Part shown: in pieces, positions 47,438-55,667 of the stretch
Position numbering within the stretch: the first letter of the stretch is position 1
Layout: every line of letters starts with the position of its first letter
From: a virus
Taxonomy: Duplodnaviria > Caudoviricetes
Direction: 5' to 3' (one strand)
DNA: 55,667 nt
IMG/VR virus record: IMGVR_UViG_3300023171_000315
Coordinates: 1 to 55,667 of that record
Position numbers and translations under genes: made by a program
The notes under the pieces: generated by a model
Database searches by the model: none
Told to the model about the DNA's origin: nothing
Seen by the model: the letters and a program-made list of their open reading frames with translations, nothing else

Positions 47438-48120
47438 GGCTCTGATTTGAATATTTTAGTGTTGGTTATATGATCTTTGTATAAGATTAAAAAGTTGATG
47501 AATTCAAAAACGTTGAAAAGCAGATTCTGAAACATTTTTTCATTTGGGATATAAGTTTCTTGATATACCTTTTCGAAATCAGTAACCAGGTATTTAAAAC
47601 TATCGACTGGATTACCTTTTAATTTTCGGATTAGTGAATAAGTTGGATGCTGCGTATTTTTAACATACTTATTGCACTTATAAACTTCCGTGGTTTTTAA
47701 ATCGGTAATCATTTTAGGATAACCAAAATCAAGAACTCCATGTAATTTGATATTTCCTAAATGACTTGGAATAATAACAGACATTTCCTCTTGCTTAGTT
47801 TGGCAGTTTTTTAGTTTATTGAATACTTTCTCAACAACGATCAGCTTAAACTGGTAATCTTTAAATTGAATGGTATCGCCATCCACCTCTGGATAATATC
47901 CGTCAACCATCTTGTTGATCAACGATTCAAAAACAATACCTTTTCTTACTCCATCAGGTAGCTCTCTTTTTACACCATTGATTATATTAAATAAACTTTC
48001 CCAACTCTCATCATCCTCATTTCTAACATATCTATTGTAGGCATTCAGTAATGTTGGAGTAACAGCAAAATCATAAGGAACTGGTTTGCCATCTTTTGTT
48101 AGTACCTCTAAAATTTCCAT
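47419..48120 (-). CDS. PD-(D/E)XK exonuclease-like protein
   Basis: GVLD...ITDLKTT...QH..Y; near the Sak4-like ATPase. Confidence 0.7.
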   Translation of the reverse strand: MEILEVLTKDGKPVPYDFAVTPTLLNAYNRYVRNEDDESWESLFNIINGVKRELPDGVRKGIVFESLINKMVDGYYPEVDGDTIQFKDYQFKLIVVEKVFNKLKNCQTKQEEMSVIIPSHLGNIKLHGVLDFGYPKMITDLKTTEVYKCNKYVKNTQHPTYSLIRKLKGNPVDSFKYLVTDFEKVYQETYIPNEKMFQNLLFNVFEFINFLILYKDHITNTKIFKSEPCTITD

Positions 48121-48121
48121 A

Positions 48122-48658
48122 TTATTTAAGGCTTAGAATTAGTGATTCGCCAGCAACACGAACCGCTGGGTAAACCGTGTGAGCAGGAGTTTCTTCGCCC
48201 GTTTCCTCGTTTACTGATGCTGCAACTTCCAATGGCTTACCTAATCCTTTTAAATATGCTTCACGGACTTTCAGCTGTTCATCAATAGAAATCTTTTGAG
48301 CATTAAGGTTATTCCACTCTGGATCATTGCAAGTATCATAATGCCACTGAACACCAGTAGCCCTCTCGCTCATCGCAACATTATGTTTCTCATATCCTTT
48401 TTCTGGTAGGATACATTTGCCTTTCATACCTTCAACAATAGCCTTGAAAACATATTCGCCTTTTTTAGCAATAATTAAAGTATCCATAGGATCTGCAAAC
48501 CCATCATCAGCTGCTTCCATAATCATGCTTGCCATTTCCGACAAATCAGACTTAGTTGCCGTTAAAAGTTTTTGATTCTCGATTGGTAAAGTTGCAACCT
48601 CCGATCTAGGTTGAAGGAACAGGTTTAAATTTTCCTGGTGTTCTATAAGTTCGTTCAT
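48122..48658 (-). CDS. Hypothetical phage protein
   Basis: ORF in the recombination module. Confidence 0.6.
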   Translation of the reverse strand: MNELIEHQENLNLFLQPRSEVATLPIENQKLLTATKSDLSEMASMIMEAADDGFADPMDTLIIAKKGEYVFKAIVEGMKGKCILPEKGYEKHNVAMSERATGVQWHYDTCNDPEWNNLNAQKISIDEQLKVREAYLKGLGKPLEVAASVNEETGEETPAHTVYPAVRVAGESLILSLK

Positions 48659-48661
48659 AAA

Positions 48662-49072
48662 CTAAGCGCTGAAAATTGGTGAATAATAAAATCCATTTAA
48701 TGATGCTAGTCTTCTTAGATATACATGGTCTGGTTTGACCATCGCAGAATCTCCACCGTGAATCATCATTGTGTGAGCCCCATCTATTTGAACTTTAGTC
48801 CTTGCGTAGGTTCCGTTATATGCAATCCCTGCGAATACTAATCTTTCAGTATGCGTATGAGCATCTGAAACACATACCAGATCAATGCCATTTAATCCAT
48901 CGTATAAAGTTGAATATTCTGGTTTAAGGTATTTTTTGCATTCTTCCAATTCAATAAGAATGTATTTTTCACCACCTTTGAAGGCTTGATAACCTTTTGT
49001 TATGCTATGATTCAATTTGTAAAATCTTTGGCCACCATTTTCGTGAACCAGTGTTGCGGTTAGGTTTTCCAT
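48662..49072 (-). CDS. Hypothetical protein
   Basis: 136-aa ORF. Confidence 0.55.
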   Translation of the reverse strand: MENLTATLVHENGGQRFYKLNHSITKGYQAFKGGEKYILIELEECKKYLKPEYSTLYDGLNGIDLVCVSDAHTHTERLVFAGIAYNGTYARTKVQIDGAHTMMIHGGDSAMVKPDHVYLRRLASLNGFYYSPIFSA

Positions 49073-49076
49073 TTAT

Positions 49077-49268
49077 TTAAACTTTTTTAGTATAAGTGTA
49101 GCAGCCTGATTTGATAAACTTTGCGAGGGTTGCAACTCGCATTTGAATGAGGAAAGCAGCTGATACCGCTCTCCTGAAATCTGTTACATATATGGCTTGA
49201 CGTTTTTCAGCCTTGGCAACAATACCATCAATTGTGAGTATCTGTGTGCCGATTTGTTCTACGGACAT
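49077..49268 (-). CDS. Hypothetical protein
   Basis: TAATG-coupled short ORF. Confidence 0.5.
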   Translation of the reverse strand: MSVEQIGTQILTIDGIVAKAEKRQAIYVTDFRRAVSAAFLIQMRVATLAKFIKSGCYTYTKKV

Positions 49269-50389
49269 TATGCTGCTTCTTTTAATGACGCCAAAATATT
49301 TGCAATCTCTGTTTCCTGCTCAGGAGTAAAATCAAAGAACTCACGTTGTTTCGTTAATTCTGCTTCACCTGCTTTTTTAAGCTTTGTTAGAAATGATTTG
49401 TATGCGGCTGACTCCATATAAACAGGCGTCTTTAAGGTTTCGAATCCGGCTTTCAATTCACCTGCTAACTTTGCTAATTCTTTCTGCTTAGCTGCTGGCA
49501 TAGCCTTATAATAGGTAGACAATGACGCTAAATCTTTTTGAGCACGAAGTTCTTTTTCGAAATCAACTCCATCACTAGCAATAAAAGCCGCTTTTAACTC
49601 TCCAGCTAAATCTTTTAATCTCACTTGTTCATTAGTAGGGAACGATTTATAGATCATTGCCAATTCAGTATTATTAGCACATTGCCTTAATTGATCTTCC
49701 AAAGTTTTTTCAACTACACCAACATTACACCACTCTTTAATTTTCTGACCAGTTTCTTCAGTAATTAGGAAAGGCTGACCGCCTTCAAAAAGCTCAGTCC
49801 TGTCTTTGCTTGGTGTCGCAAAATGGGTGTCACGATCGATCTCTAAAGAAACTGTCAATTCATATTCCCATCCATCGCGTTGCTGATCTTTCATGCCGAT
49901 TTTTTTAACTTTACCACCTTCTTGAACAGTTTCAGTTTTCGACCTGGTGCAAGTGATAAAGTGCATTGGCGTATGGAGTACTTTGTTTACAAAGGCATCA
50001 TGTCTCGGAGTAGATTTTGACCATGCAGCCCAAGTGTTGCCTTTAAATGATGTATTGGCCAAGATTTCATTTTCAGCACATAGAGTAATCCATTCATGCG
50101 TTGAGCTATCAATGATCACCAATTCCATACCTGCCTTTTCACACAAATCAATTGCCTGAATATATTTCTCAGGTGTAAATGGCGGACGCATATCGATCGT
50201 GTTAAATTCACCTAAATGAGAATACAATGATGCTGATCCGTTTTCAGTATCGATCAAACCAATTTTAGTCCAATCACCAACGATGCCGAATCCCATTCTT
50301 AATGCCGAATATGTTTTTCCAGAACCACTAGGCGCTGAAAGGTTAAGTTTAAGCTTAACTGATTTTCTGGTTGCTTTTTTTAATTCCAT
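49268..50389 (-). CDS. AAA_24/Sak4-like recombination ATPase
   Basis: APSGSGKT, IDTE, IIDS.THEW, QRDGWEYE. Confidence 0.85.
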   Translation of the reverse strand: MELKKATRKSVKLKLNLSAPSGSGKTYSALRMGFGIVGDWTKIGLIDTENGSASLYSHLGEFNTIDMRPPFTPEKYIQAIDLCEKAGMELVIIDSSTHEWITLCAENEILANTSFKGNTWAAWSKSTPRHDAFVNKVLHTPMHFITCTRSKTETVQEGGKVKKIGMKDQQRDGWEYELTVSLEIDRDTHFATPSKDRTELFEGGQPFLITEETGQKIKEWCNVGVVEKTLEDQLRQCANNTELAMIYKSFPTNEQVRLKDLAGELKAAFIASDGVDFEKELRAQKDLASLSTYYKAMPAAKQKELAKLAGELKAGFETLKTPVYMESAAYKSFLTKLKKAGEAELTKQREFFDFTPEQETEIANILASLKEAA

Positions 50390-50407
50390 GGTAATTTTAT
50401 GTTGTGC

Positions 50408-50590
50408 CTAGTGGCTGTTTATATAGTAAAATGTTATTATTGATCCGATTGTGAAGATTGGCCAGAACCAGTAACCAAACGTTACCCATTGATCTTTCGG
50501 CTTTTTTCTGGCTAATCTCTTAGCCTGGTTAAGCAGTTGTTCTTGCTGATCTCTGTACCACAAACCACCTTCTTTAATTTCATTGGTCAT
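50408..50590 (-). CDS. Small membrane protein (likely start MTNEIK)
   Basis: C-terminal hydrophobic segment. Confidence 0.4.
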   Translation of the reverse strand: MTNEIKEGGLWYRDQQEQLLNQAKRLARKKPKDQWVTFGYWFWPIFTIGSIITFYYINSH

Positions 50591-50627
50591 TGGCTTCCTA
50601 CCAACGGGCCATTCTGTGTGCTGGATT

Positions 50628-50903
50628 TTAAGCATCTTTATGGTATGATTGATTAATGAATGATTCAATTGAACTTTGTTTGATTACCCATCCTTTTCCA
50701 ACTCTACTGCAACCTATTTTATGTTTGTTGGCAAAAACCCATGTATAACTAAGGTTCATTATTTCGGCAGCTTGCTTAAGTGAATATGCTGGATCTTTCT
50801 TTTCTGCTCCATGCAACAATTTTTCAATCATCTGCTTCATATCTGCAAGCTCTTGCTGAAGTGCTAACCAGTCTTTTGTTTCAACTAATGTTACCCCTTG
50901 CAT
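50628..50903 (-). CDS. Excisionase-like HTH protein
   Basis: YSLKQAAEIM.LS...V......I...RVG..W.I. Confidence 0.7.
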   Translation of the reverse strand: MQGVTLVETKDWLALQQELADMKQMIEKLLHGAEKKDPAYSLKQAAEIMNLSYTWVFANKHKIGCSRVGKGWVIKQSSIESFINQSYHKDA

Positions 50904-51124
50904 TCTTCTCTCCTTTCCCAGTAAACCAATACTGATTTAGGCTGCTTACTAACTGAATATTTCCTATCAGGATAATCGCGCTTAAGAATGATACTGACCG
51001 AAGACCTCAAATATTTTTCATTTTCAAGAGGAAAATGTTTCCCCTGATCCTTACCCTCCTCAATACCCTTCATTATGTCAACTAATGATACTGCTGGTAC
51101 TGCTTGTGCTAATTCTATTTCCAT
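50891..51124 (-). CDS. Hypothetical protein
   Basis: 77-aa ORF. Confidence 0.5.
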   Translation of the reverse strand: MEIELAQAVPAVSLVDIMKGIEEGKDQGKHFPLENEKYLRSSVSIILKRDYPDRKYSVSKQPKSVLVYWERREECKG

Positions 51125-51666
51125 TGTTGAATTGTTAATGATGGTCTGATTTTTAATAATTGTTTTTTATTTCTTGCACCTGTTTTCCTCTGAATATTTT
51201 GAAGGTGAGTGCTCACCGTAAACTTGCTTATGTAAAGCCTTTCGGCTATTTGGTCATTTGTTAAGTCAGCTAAATCAGCTATCTCCTGTTCCCTTTGGCT
51301 TAGTCCAAAAGAGCATGGTGCTCGAGCCAAACATCCTATCCCTTCCCACTTGCAATTGCCGCGATTCGGGCATTCTACAAATTCAGCGATCAATACGCCG
51401 TCTTCGGTGATGTCTGGAACTCCGTCCAGATTGGCGAACAAGCATTTTACTAACTGCTCTTTTACTCCGGATTTACCCGCCATATCTTCGTATGCCTCTG
51501 CTTTGTCGGGATTACTAATCAAGTAGTCATCTAATATTTTATGTATGTATTGAGGCGCTTCTTGTAAATCATATTGCCTTCTGTCAAATGTTACTATTGG
51601 CTGGTCGTTGCACGTGAAGAATTCTGCTCCTTTACCTGCTAAAATTGATTGTAAGGTGGTTTTCAT
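51115..51666 (-). CDS. LuxR-type HTH regulator
   Basis: LSQREQEI...QIAERLYIS.FTV.TH..NI..K. Confidence 0.85.
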   Translation of the reverse strand: MKTTLQSILAGKGAEFFTCNDQPIVTFDRRQYDLQEAPQYIHKILDDYLISNPDKAEAYEDMAGKSGVKEQLVKCLFANLDGVPDITEDGVLIAEFVECPNRGNCKWEGIGCLARAPCSFGLSQREQEIADLADLTNDQIAERLYISKFTVSTHLQNIQRKTGARNKKQLLKIRPSLTIQQWK

Positions 51667-51684
51667 TGGTCGGGACTGATTGGT

Positions 51685-51906
51685 TTATGTTTTTAATGTT
51701 TTCTCTAAATAATTAACCAGCCTAGCCGTTACTGCATTTTGCTTATCTAAATCAGCTTTATGCACACCAGGGTTTCCAAACACCGCATAGAAATGTCCTC
51801 CCCATATCACTCGAGCTTTGCTCTTGCTTCTCTCTATCAATTCAATCAGCGCCAATGTTCTACAAGCATTTTGCTTTAATTGGTCAAGGTTTAGTTTCAT
51901 ATTCAT
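51685..51906 (-). CDS. Hypothetical protein
   Basis: Early ORF after the lytic promoter. Confidence 0.5.
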   Translation of the reverse strand: MNMKLNLDQLKQNACRTLALIELIERSKSKARVIWGGHFYAVFGNPGVHKADLDKQNAVTARLVNYLEKTLKT

Positions 51907-52069
51907 TTTTTAAATCTTAATCTGATTAAAGGCATACATTCCTTATAAGTCAATCCAATACTCAACTGGTGAGCCTTCGCATTAATAATGTAATGGATAT
52001 TCATTTTGGTACTTATTAAGTATTGTGAACTCATTCTGTTATATTTACCTTTGTTATTGTTATGTGATA

Positions 52070-52113
52070 CAAATATACATTGATACTTGTCACTTGTCAA
52101 GTGTAAACTGTCA
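52070..52113 (-). promoter_or_regulatory. Lytic promoter and putative CI operators in the divergent switch region
   Basis: Minus-strand TATATTTG (52070-52077) with TTG 20 nt upstream; TGTCA repeated at 52088, 52095 and 52109. Confidence 0.55.
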
Positions 52114-52135
52114 AATGTTAATAATTATTTTATAA

Positions 52136-52885
52136 ATGGCTGATTATCAGGGAGAAAAATTTCGATTATTTTTAAAGAAAAAAGATTTAGGCGTAACTGA
52201 GGCTTCTAAAATGATGGGTATTAGTCGGCAAGCGATTTACTTATTTTTCAAAACGACAAGTTTACAAAGAGATACTGTAAACAAAATACTTGACACTTTT
52301 AAAGTCAAGGAAGAAGATATATGGAATGACAAAGAATCTCCAAGACTTGAAGCTATTCCATTAAGACTTGCAGATCCGTATGGCTTGGACGCCACTAACG
52401 AAAAAACATATATACTTCCCGACGACTCTTTAATTATGCAGGTACCCATCATTACACAACGAGCTTATGCTGGCTATTTAGTTGGATTTTCCGATCCAGA
52501 ATTTTACGACGATCTAGATACTATCCCACTTCCCGTAGAAAAAAAACATGGTGGTTATTATTTAGCTTTTGAAGTTAAAGGCGATAGCATGGTTTCCACG
52601 GATCCAGAAATTATGCGAGACAACGTTTACGAAGGCTGGATAGCTATTGGCCGAGATATACCAAAGGATAAATGGAAGTACAAGCTTCACACACACACAA
52701 CAGATACCTGGATAATAGTACACAAAGAGAAAGGTATTTTAATTAAGCAAATTGCAAATCAAGATGTGGATCAGGGAATCATTACTATTCATTCATTAAA
52801 TCCCCAGTATTCTGATGAAGAATTTAAACTTTCAGACATAGAGCAAATATTTAGTGTAGTACAAATAATTAACAAAAAACGATAA
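52136..52885 (+). CDS. CI-like repressor (HTH plus S24 peptidase)
   Basis: N-terminal HTH; AYAG cleavage-site region; FEVKGDSM (Ser) and LIKQ (Lys); divergent from the lytic operon. Confidence 0.88.
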   Translation: MADYQGEKFRLFLKKKDLGVTEASKMMGISRQAIYLFFKTTSLQRDTVNKILDTFKVKEEDIWNDKESPRLEAIPLRLADPYGLDATNEKTYILPDDSLIMQVPIITQRAYAGYLVGFSDPEFYDDLDTIPLPVEKKHGGYYLAFEVKGDSMVSTDPEIMRDNVYEGWIAIGRDIPKDKWKYKLHTHTTDTWIIVHKEKGILIKQIANQDVDQGIITIHSLNPQYSDEEFKLSDIEQIFSVVQIINKKR

Positions 52886-52886
52886 A

Positions 52887-53696
52887 ATGAACAAGTCTAT
52901 TTTAAACATTCTCTCTCTAGTATTTTTACTTCTGTCGTCATGCAGCAAGTCCAATGATCCTAACACTCCTTCAACCCCAGATATTAAGTTTGAAACTTTG
53001 ATACCTAATATTTTTTATAATAATGCAAAAACGAGTTTAAAAGTGATGAGCGATCAAAAACTTGACAAAGTAGAGTTTTATCTGGATGATCAATCTGTTG
53101 GGTCAACTATTGGCAGCGATTATACAGTAGATTTCTATCCAATAGATATAGCCAGTGGAGATCACAAATTAACTATAGTAGCTACCATTGGAACTAAATC
53201 ACTTAAAAAAGAAGAAACGATTAAGTTCGTCCTAAGAATAGGAGATGGTTATAAAGGCGGCAGAATATTTTACCTTAGTAATGACAACAAAACAGGACTC
53301 GTAGCAAATGATAAAGATTTAGTTGCAAACTCTAATGATACATTTACATGGGGACCAAACACTCTAGTTGGCGCAAGTAGTTTAGATGACGGCCAAGTAA
53401 ACTCAGACAAAATAAAGAATTTCACTAACCCTGTATTTCTTTATAATTTCATCAAGACTTATTCCGATAAAGGGTACTCAGATTGGTATGTCCCTTCTTA
53501 CAATGAAATGGGTTTATTTAAAGCTCAGATAAGATACATGATAGGATTCCCGCTTTCAACAAATCAACTAATATATTGGACTTCTACAGAGAATAATGCA
53601 TCTACTGCTTACGTTAAAAATTTGCTATCGCTTCAAGGAGAGTCTGGTATTTCAAAAAGTTTGGGGTATAGAATTAGATTAATAAGAAAGTTTTAA
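52887..53696 (+). CDS. Lipoprotein with Ig-like and DUF1566/C-type lectin-like domains
   Basis: LLSSC lipobox; KVEFY.D; WYVPS..E, YWTSTE, IRLIRKF. Confidence 0.75.
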   Translation: MNKSILNILSLVFLLLSSCSKSNDPNTPSTPDIKFETLIPNIFYNNAKTSLKVMSDQKLDKVEFYLDDQSVGSTIGSDYTVDFYPIDIASGDHKLTIVATIGTKSLKKEETIKFVLRIGDGYKGGRIFYLSNDNKTGLVANDKDLVANSNDTFTWGPNTLVGASSLDDGQVNSDKIKNFTNPVFLYNFIKTYSDKGYSDWYVPSYNEMGLFKAQIRYMIGFPLSTNQLIYWTSTENNASTAYVKNLLSLQGESGISKSLGYRIRLIRKF

Positions 53697-53718
53697 TATA
53701 GCACAAAATAAAGAACAG

Positions 53719-54177
53719 ATGAAACGGTACATTTTAACAATTTTCACATTACTACCTTTATTTATCTTCGCCCAAAAACAGGATAGCGTCCCATTTGCAG
53801 GCGCAACAAGAATAATTATCAAGAATAATAAAACGGCTTTAGAGAATTACCAGATTGCTGCAAAAGCACTATTGGATCAGAATTTTACTATTGAAAAATC
53901 CGATAAAGAATTTAACCAGTTATGGTCTGGATCGGTAAAGGTTTTTGGAGAAGGAACTACAAGGCTTTTATCAATCTATATCGTTTCAAGGGATAACAGC
54001 ATAGCTGTAGTGGGCAATGTTAAAAGAACGGAGGGTTTAAAATTAATTAATGTTCCGCAAGACACAGATAATTTTGAAATTCTTCCTTATAAAAAATCTT
54101 TGCTGCTTAAAAACATATTTGCGGTAACCACCAAATTTGCAAAATCAATACAGGATAGCATAATCTATTCAGAGTAA
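53719..54177 (+). CDS. Secreted hypothetical protein
   Basis: Signal peptide ending FAQ. Confidence 0.6.
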   Translation: MKRYILTIFTLLPLFIFAQKQDSVPFAGATRIIIKNNKTALENYQIAAKALLDQNFTIEKSDKEFNQLWSGSVKVFGEGTTRLLSIYIVSRDNSIAVVGNVKRTEGLKLINVPQDTDNFEILPYKKSLLLKNIFAVTTKFAKSIQDSIIYSE

Positions 54178-54551
54178 TGCCTAAACCTAACCCAGAAGAA
54201 GAAGTAAAAAATTTCGTCGTTGAAACAGCACTAAATCGATTACATAAAATGAGACGTTCGAAGTTCTGGCCAAAGGGAGGATTTAGACAAGGCTGGGGAT
54301 ATAGTTTTAAAGTATATGGATATCTTGATATAGTAACAGTCAATGCAAGAACTTACCTAGAAGAAACAGGAGATTTATACAAAGGTCGATTGATGATAAA
54401 TGGGAATATTTATAACGAAACCAACAAGATCAAACAGTTTGACCGAGTTACAGCACTACTTGATAATTATGAAAGCGCAGGTATTATTTATAACTATGAA
54501 TTATCCACCTGTAACGACAACTGTCTTTGGTTCGCCTGGACTATAATTTAG
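54177..54551 (+). CDS. Hypothetical protein
   Basis: TAATG-coupled ORF. Confidence 0.5.
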   Translation: MPKPNPEEEVKNFVVETALNRLHKMRRSKFWPKGGFRQGWGYSFKVYGYLDIVTVNARTYLEETGDLYKGRLMINGNIYNETNKIKQFDRVTALLDNYESAGIIYNYELSTCNDNCLWFAWTII

Positions 54552-54599
54552 TACTTAACTAGTATTGACCACCATTAACAACACGATTACCTTTGAATT

Positions 54600-54992
54600 A
54601 TGAAAACACCAAGACATGATATGGCGGTTGCCGCCAGATTTAAAGAATTTAGAATTAAGCATATTTCAAAAAACAGTATTGAAGCTGGGGAGAAACTTGG
54701 AATACCTCAAAGCAGGATTAGCAGAATAGAAAATGGAGAGCAGCCAGTAACAGTCGCGTTGACCAAGGAGATGGTAAAGAAGTACAGCTTAAACCGTGAT
54801 TGGCTCATAGACAATTTGGGTAATATGATTAAAACTGATCGTTCTAAAAAGACAGGATTAGAAAGCTCTATTCAGATGGGTGATAGAATTGATGCGCTTA
54901 ATACAAAAATTAGATTGCTGGAAGCAAACTTAAATAATGCCTACAAGGTCATTGAAACGATTCAAAAAAGACTTGATAGGTTAGAGAAATAG
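54600..54992 (+). CDS. XRE-family HTH regulator with coiled coil
   Basis: GEKLGIPQSRISRIENG. Confidence 0.85.
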   Translation: MKTPRHDMAVAARFKEFRIKHISKNSIEAGEKLGIPQSRISRIENGEQPVTVALTKEMVKKYSLNRDWLIDNLGNMIKTDRSKKTGLESSIQMGDRIDALNTKIRLLEANLNNAYKVIETIQKRLDRLEK

Positions 54993-55072
54993 ATGGTCAC
55001 TTACACCATACTTACACCGAGCGATCCACAAACCCATTAATAACTTAACATTCAAAGGATTAAAAGAAACAA

Positions 55073-55088
55073 AATCCTTGCATCCGCA
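55073..55088 (+). other. Probable attR: duplicated tRNA 3' end
   Basis: AAT-CCTTG-CATCCGC-A fits T-loop end, 5-nt T-stem strand, 7-nt acceptor strand and discriminator. Confidence 0.55.
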
Positions 55089-55241
55089 AAGATAGAGAAA
55101 GAAAGGGAATTGTTAAATTGTTTTAATGTTATTTATTCCCAAATTTAAAGTAAGTTACCTGTTATTATTTGCACGCTATCGATGGTTAATCTTCATCCTA
55201 ATAATTTGGCCTTTTAACGATTGAACAATTGATCAGCTAAC

Positions 55242-55667
55242 CTAATCCTCAATCAACTTCACTTCAACCCCAAACTTTCTTAAAAAATCTACTCCTTCAT
55301 CGCTTGGCAGGCCTTTGTAGGCCGCATAAGATTTAGAATAATAGACCAATTTAATGCCTGATGATAAAATTAATCTGGCACAAGCAATACAAGGCGATAA
55401 AGTAGTATATAACGTACAACCCTCTATTTTGGCTCCATTTTTTGATGCATATAGAATGGCATTTTCTTCTGCATGTAAAGCCAATGAGCAACTTCCCTTA
55501 CTATCTCTTGCACAACCATGCTCTGGCCATTCTTCATCACAATTATGCGTTCCAGCTGGCGGACCATTATAACCGATAGAAATAATGCGGGTATCTTTAG
55601 TTAAAACGGCTCCCACGTGCGCACGAACGCAATGAGAACGTTCAGCCAGCTCAGTGGCTAGATTCAT
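55242..55667 (-). CDS. Host dCMP deaminase (ComEB family), possibly 5'-truncated by the window
   Basis: GYNG, HAEENAI and PCIAC zinc motifs. Confidence 0.92.
   Translation of the reverse strand: MNLATELAERSHCVRAHVGAVLTKDTRIISIGYNGPPAGTHNCDEEWPEHGCARDSKGSCSLALHAEENAILYASKNGAKIEGCTLYTTLSPCIACARLILSSGIKLVYYSKSYAAYKGLPSDEGVDFLRKFGVEVKLIED

Larger units (their letters stand above)
1..55088. mobile_element. Temperate siphovirus-like prophage (Bacteroidota host)
   Basis: Integrase, lysis, tail, tape measure, capsid, portal, terminase, replication and CI-like repressor modules in coherent order. A host housekeeping gene follows at 55242. The left att site is presumably just outside the window. Confidence 0.95.

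Noticed and set aside
52887-53696. DUF1566/CLec-like lipoprotein as a fourth DGR target
   Set aside because: The fold is typical of DGR targets, but I see no match to TR at its 3' end.

Overview
An apparently complete, about 55 kb temperate siphovirus-like prophage of a Bacteroidota host. A Pedobacter/Sphingobacteriaceae-like host is inferred from protein style and TAnnTTTG promoters. It runs from a tyrosine integrase at position 1 to a probable attR (tRNA 3' end copy, 55073-55088), followed by a host dCMP deaminase gene. Gene order: lysis, tail, tape measure, head, a 7 kb accessory island, portal/terminase, origin-like repeats, replication, recombination and the CI switch. Main finding: a diversity-generating retroelement (RT 44076-45032, TR 45155-45229) with no recognisable Avd. 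It has three variable repeats, all in small paralogous non-structural proteins. Two are adjacent to the TR; the third lies about 17 kb away in a frameshifted gene. Other findings: a CmdTAC-like toxin/antitoxin/SecB moron, a tail protein with a circularly permuted SGNH domain, a 200-nt tRNA-like element with a large insert, two families of four-copy phage promoter motifs, and a pseudoknot-like leader RNA motif present twice. All family assignments come from motif recognition by eye; no database search was run.
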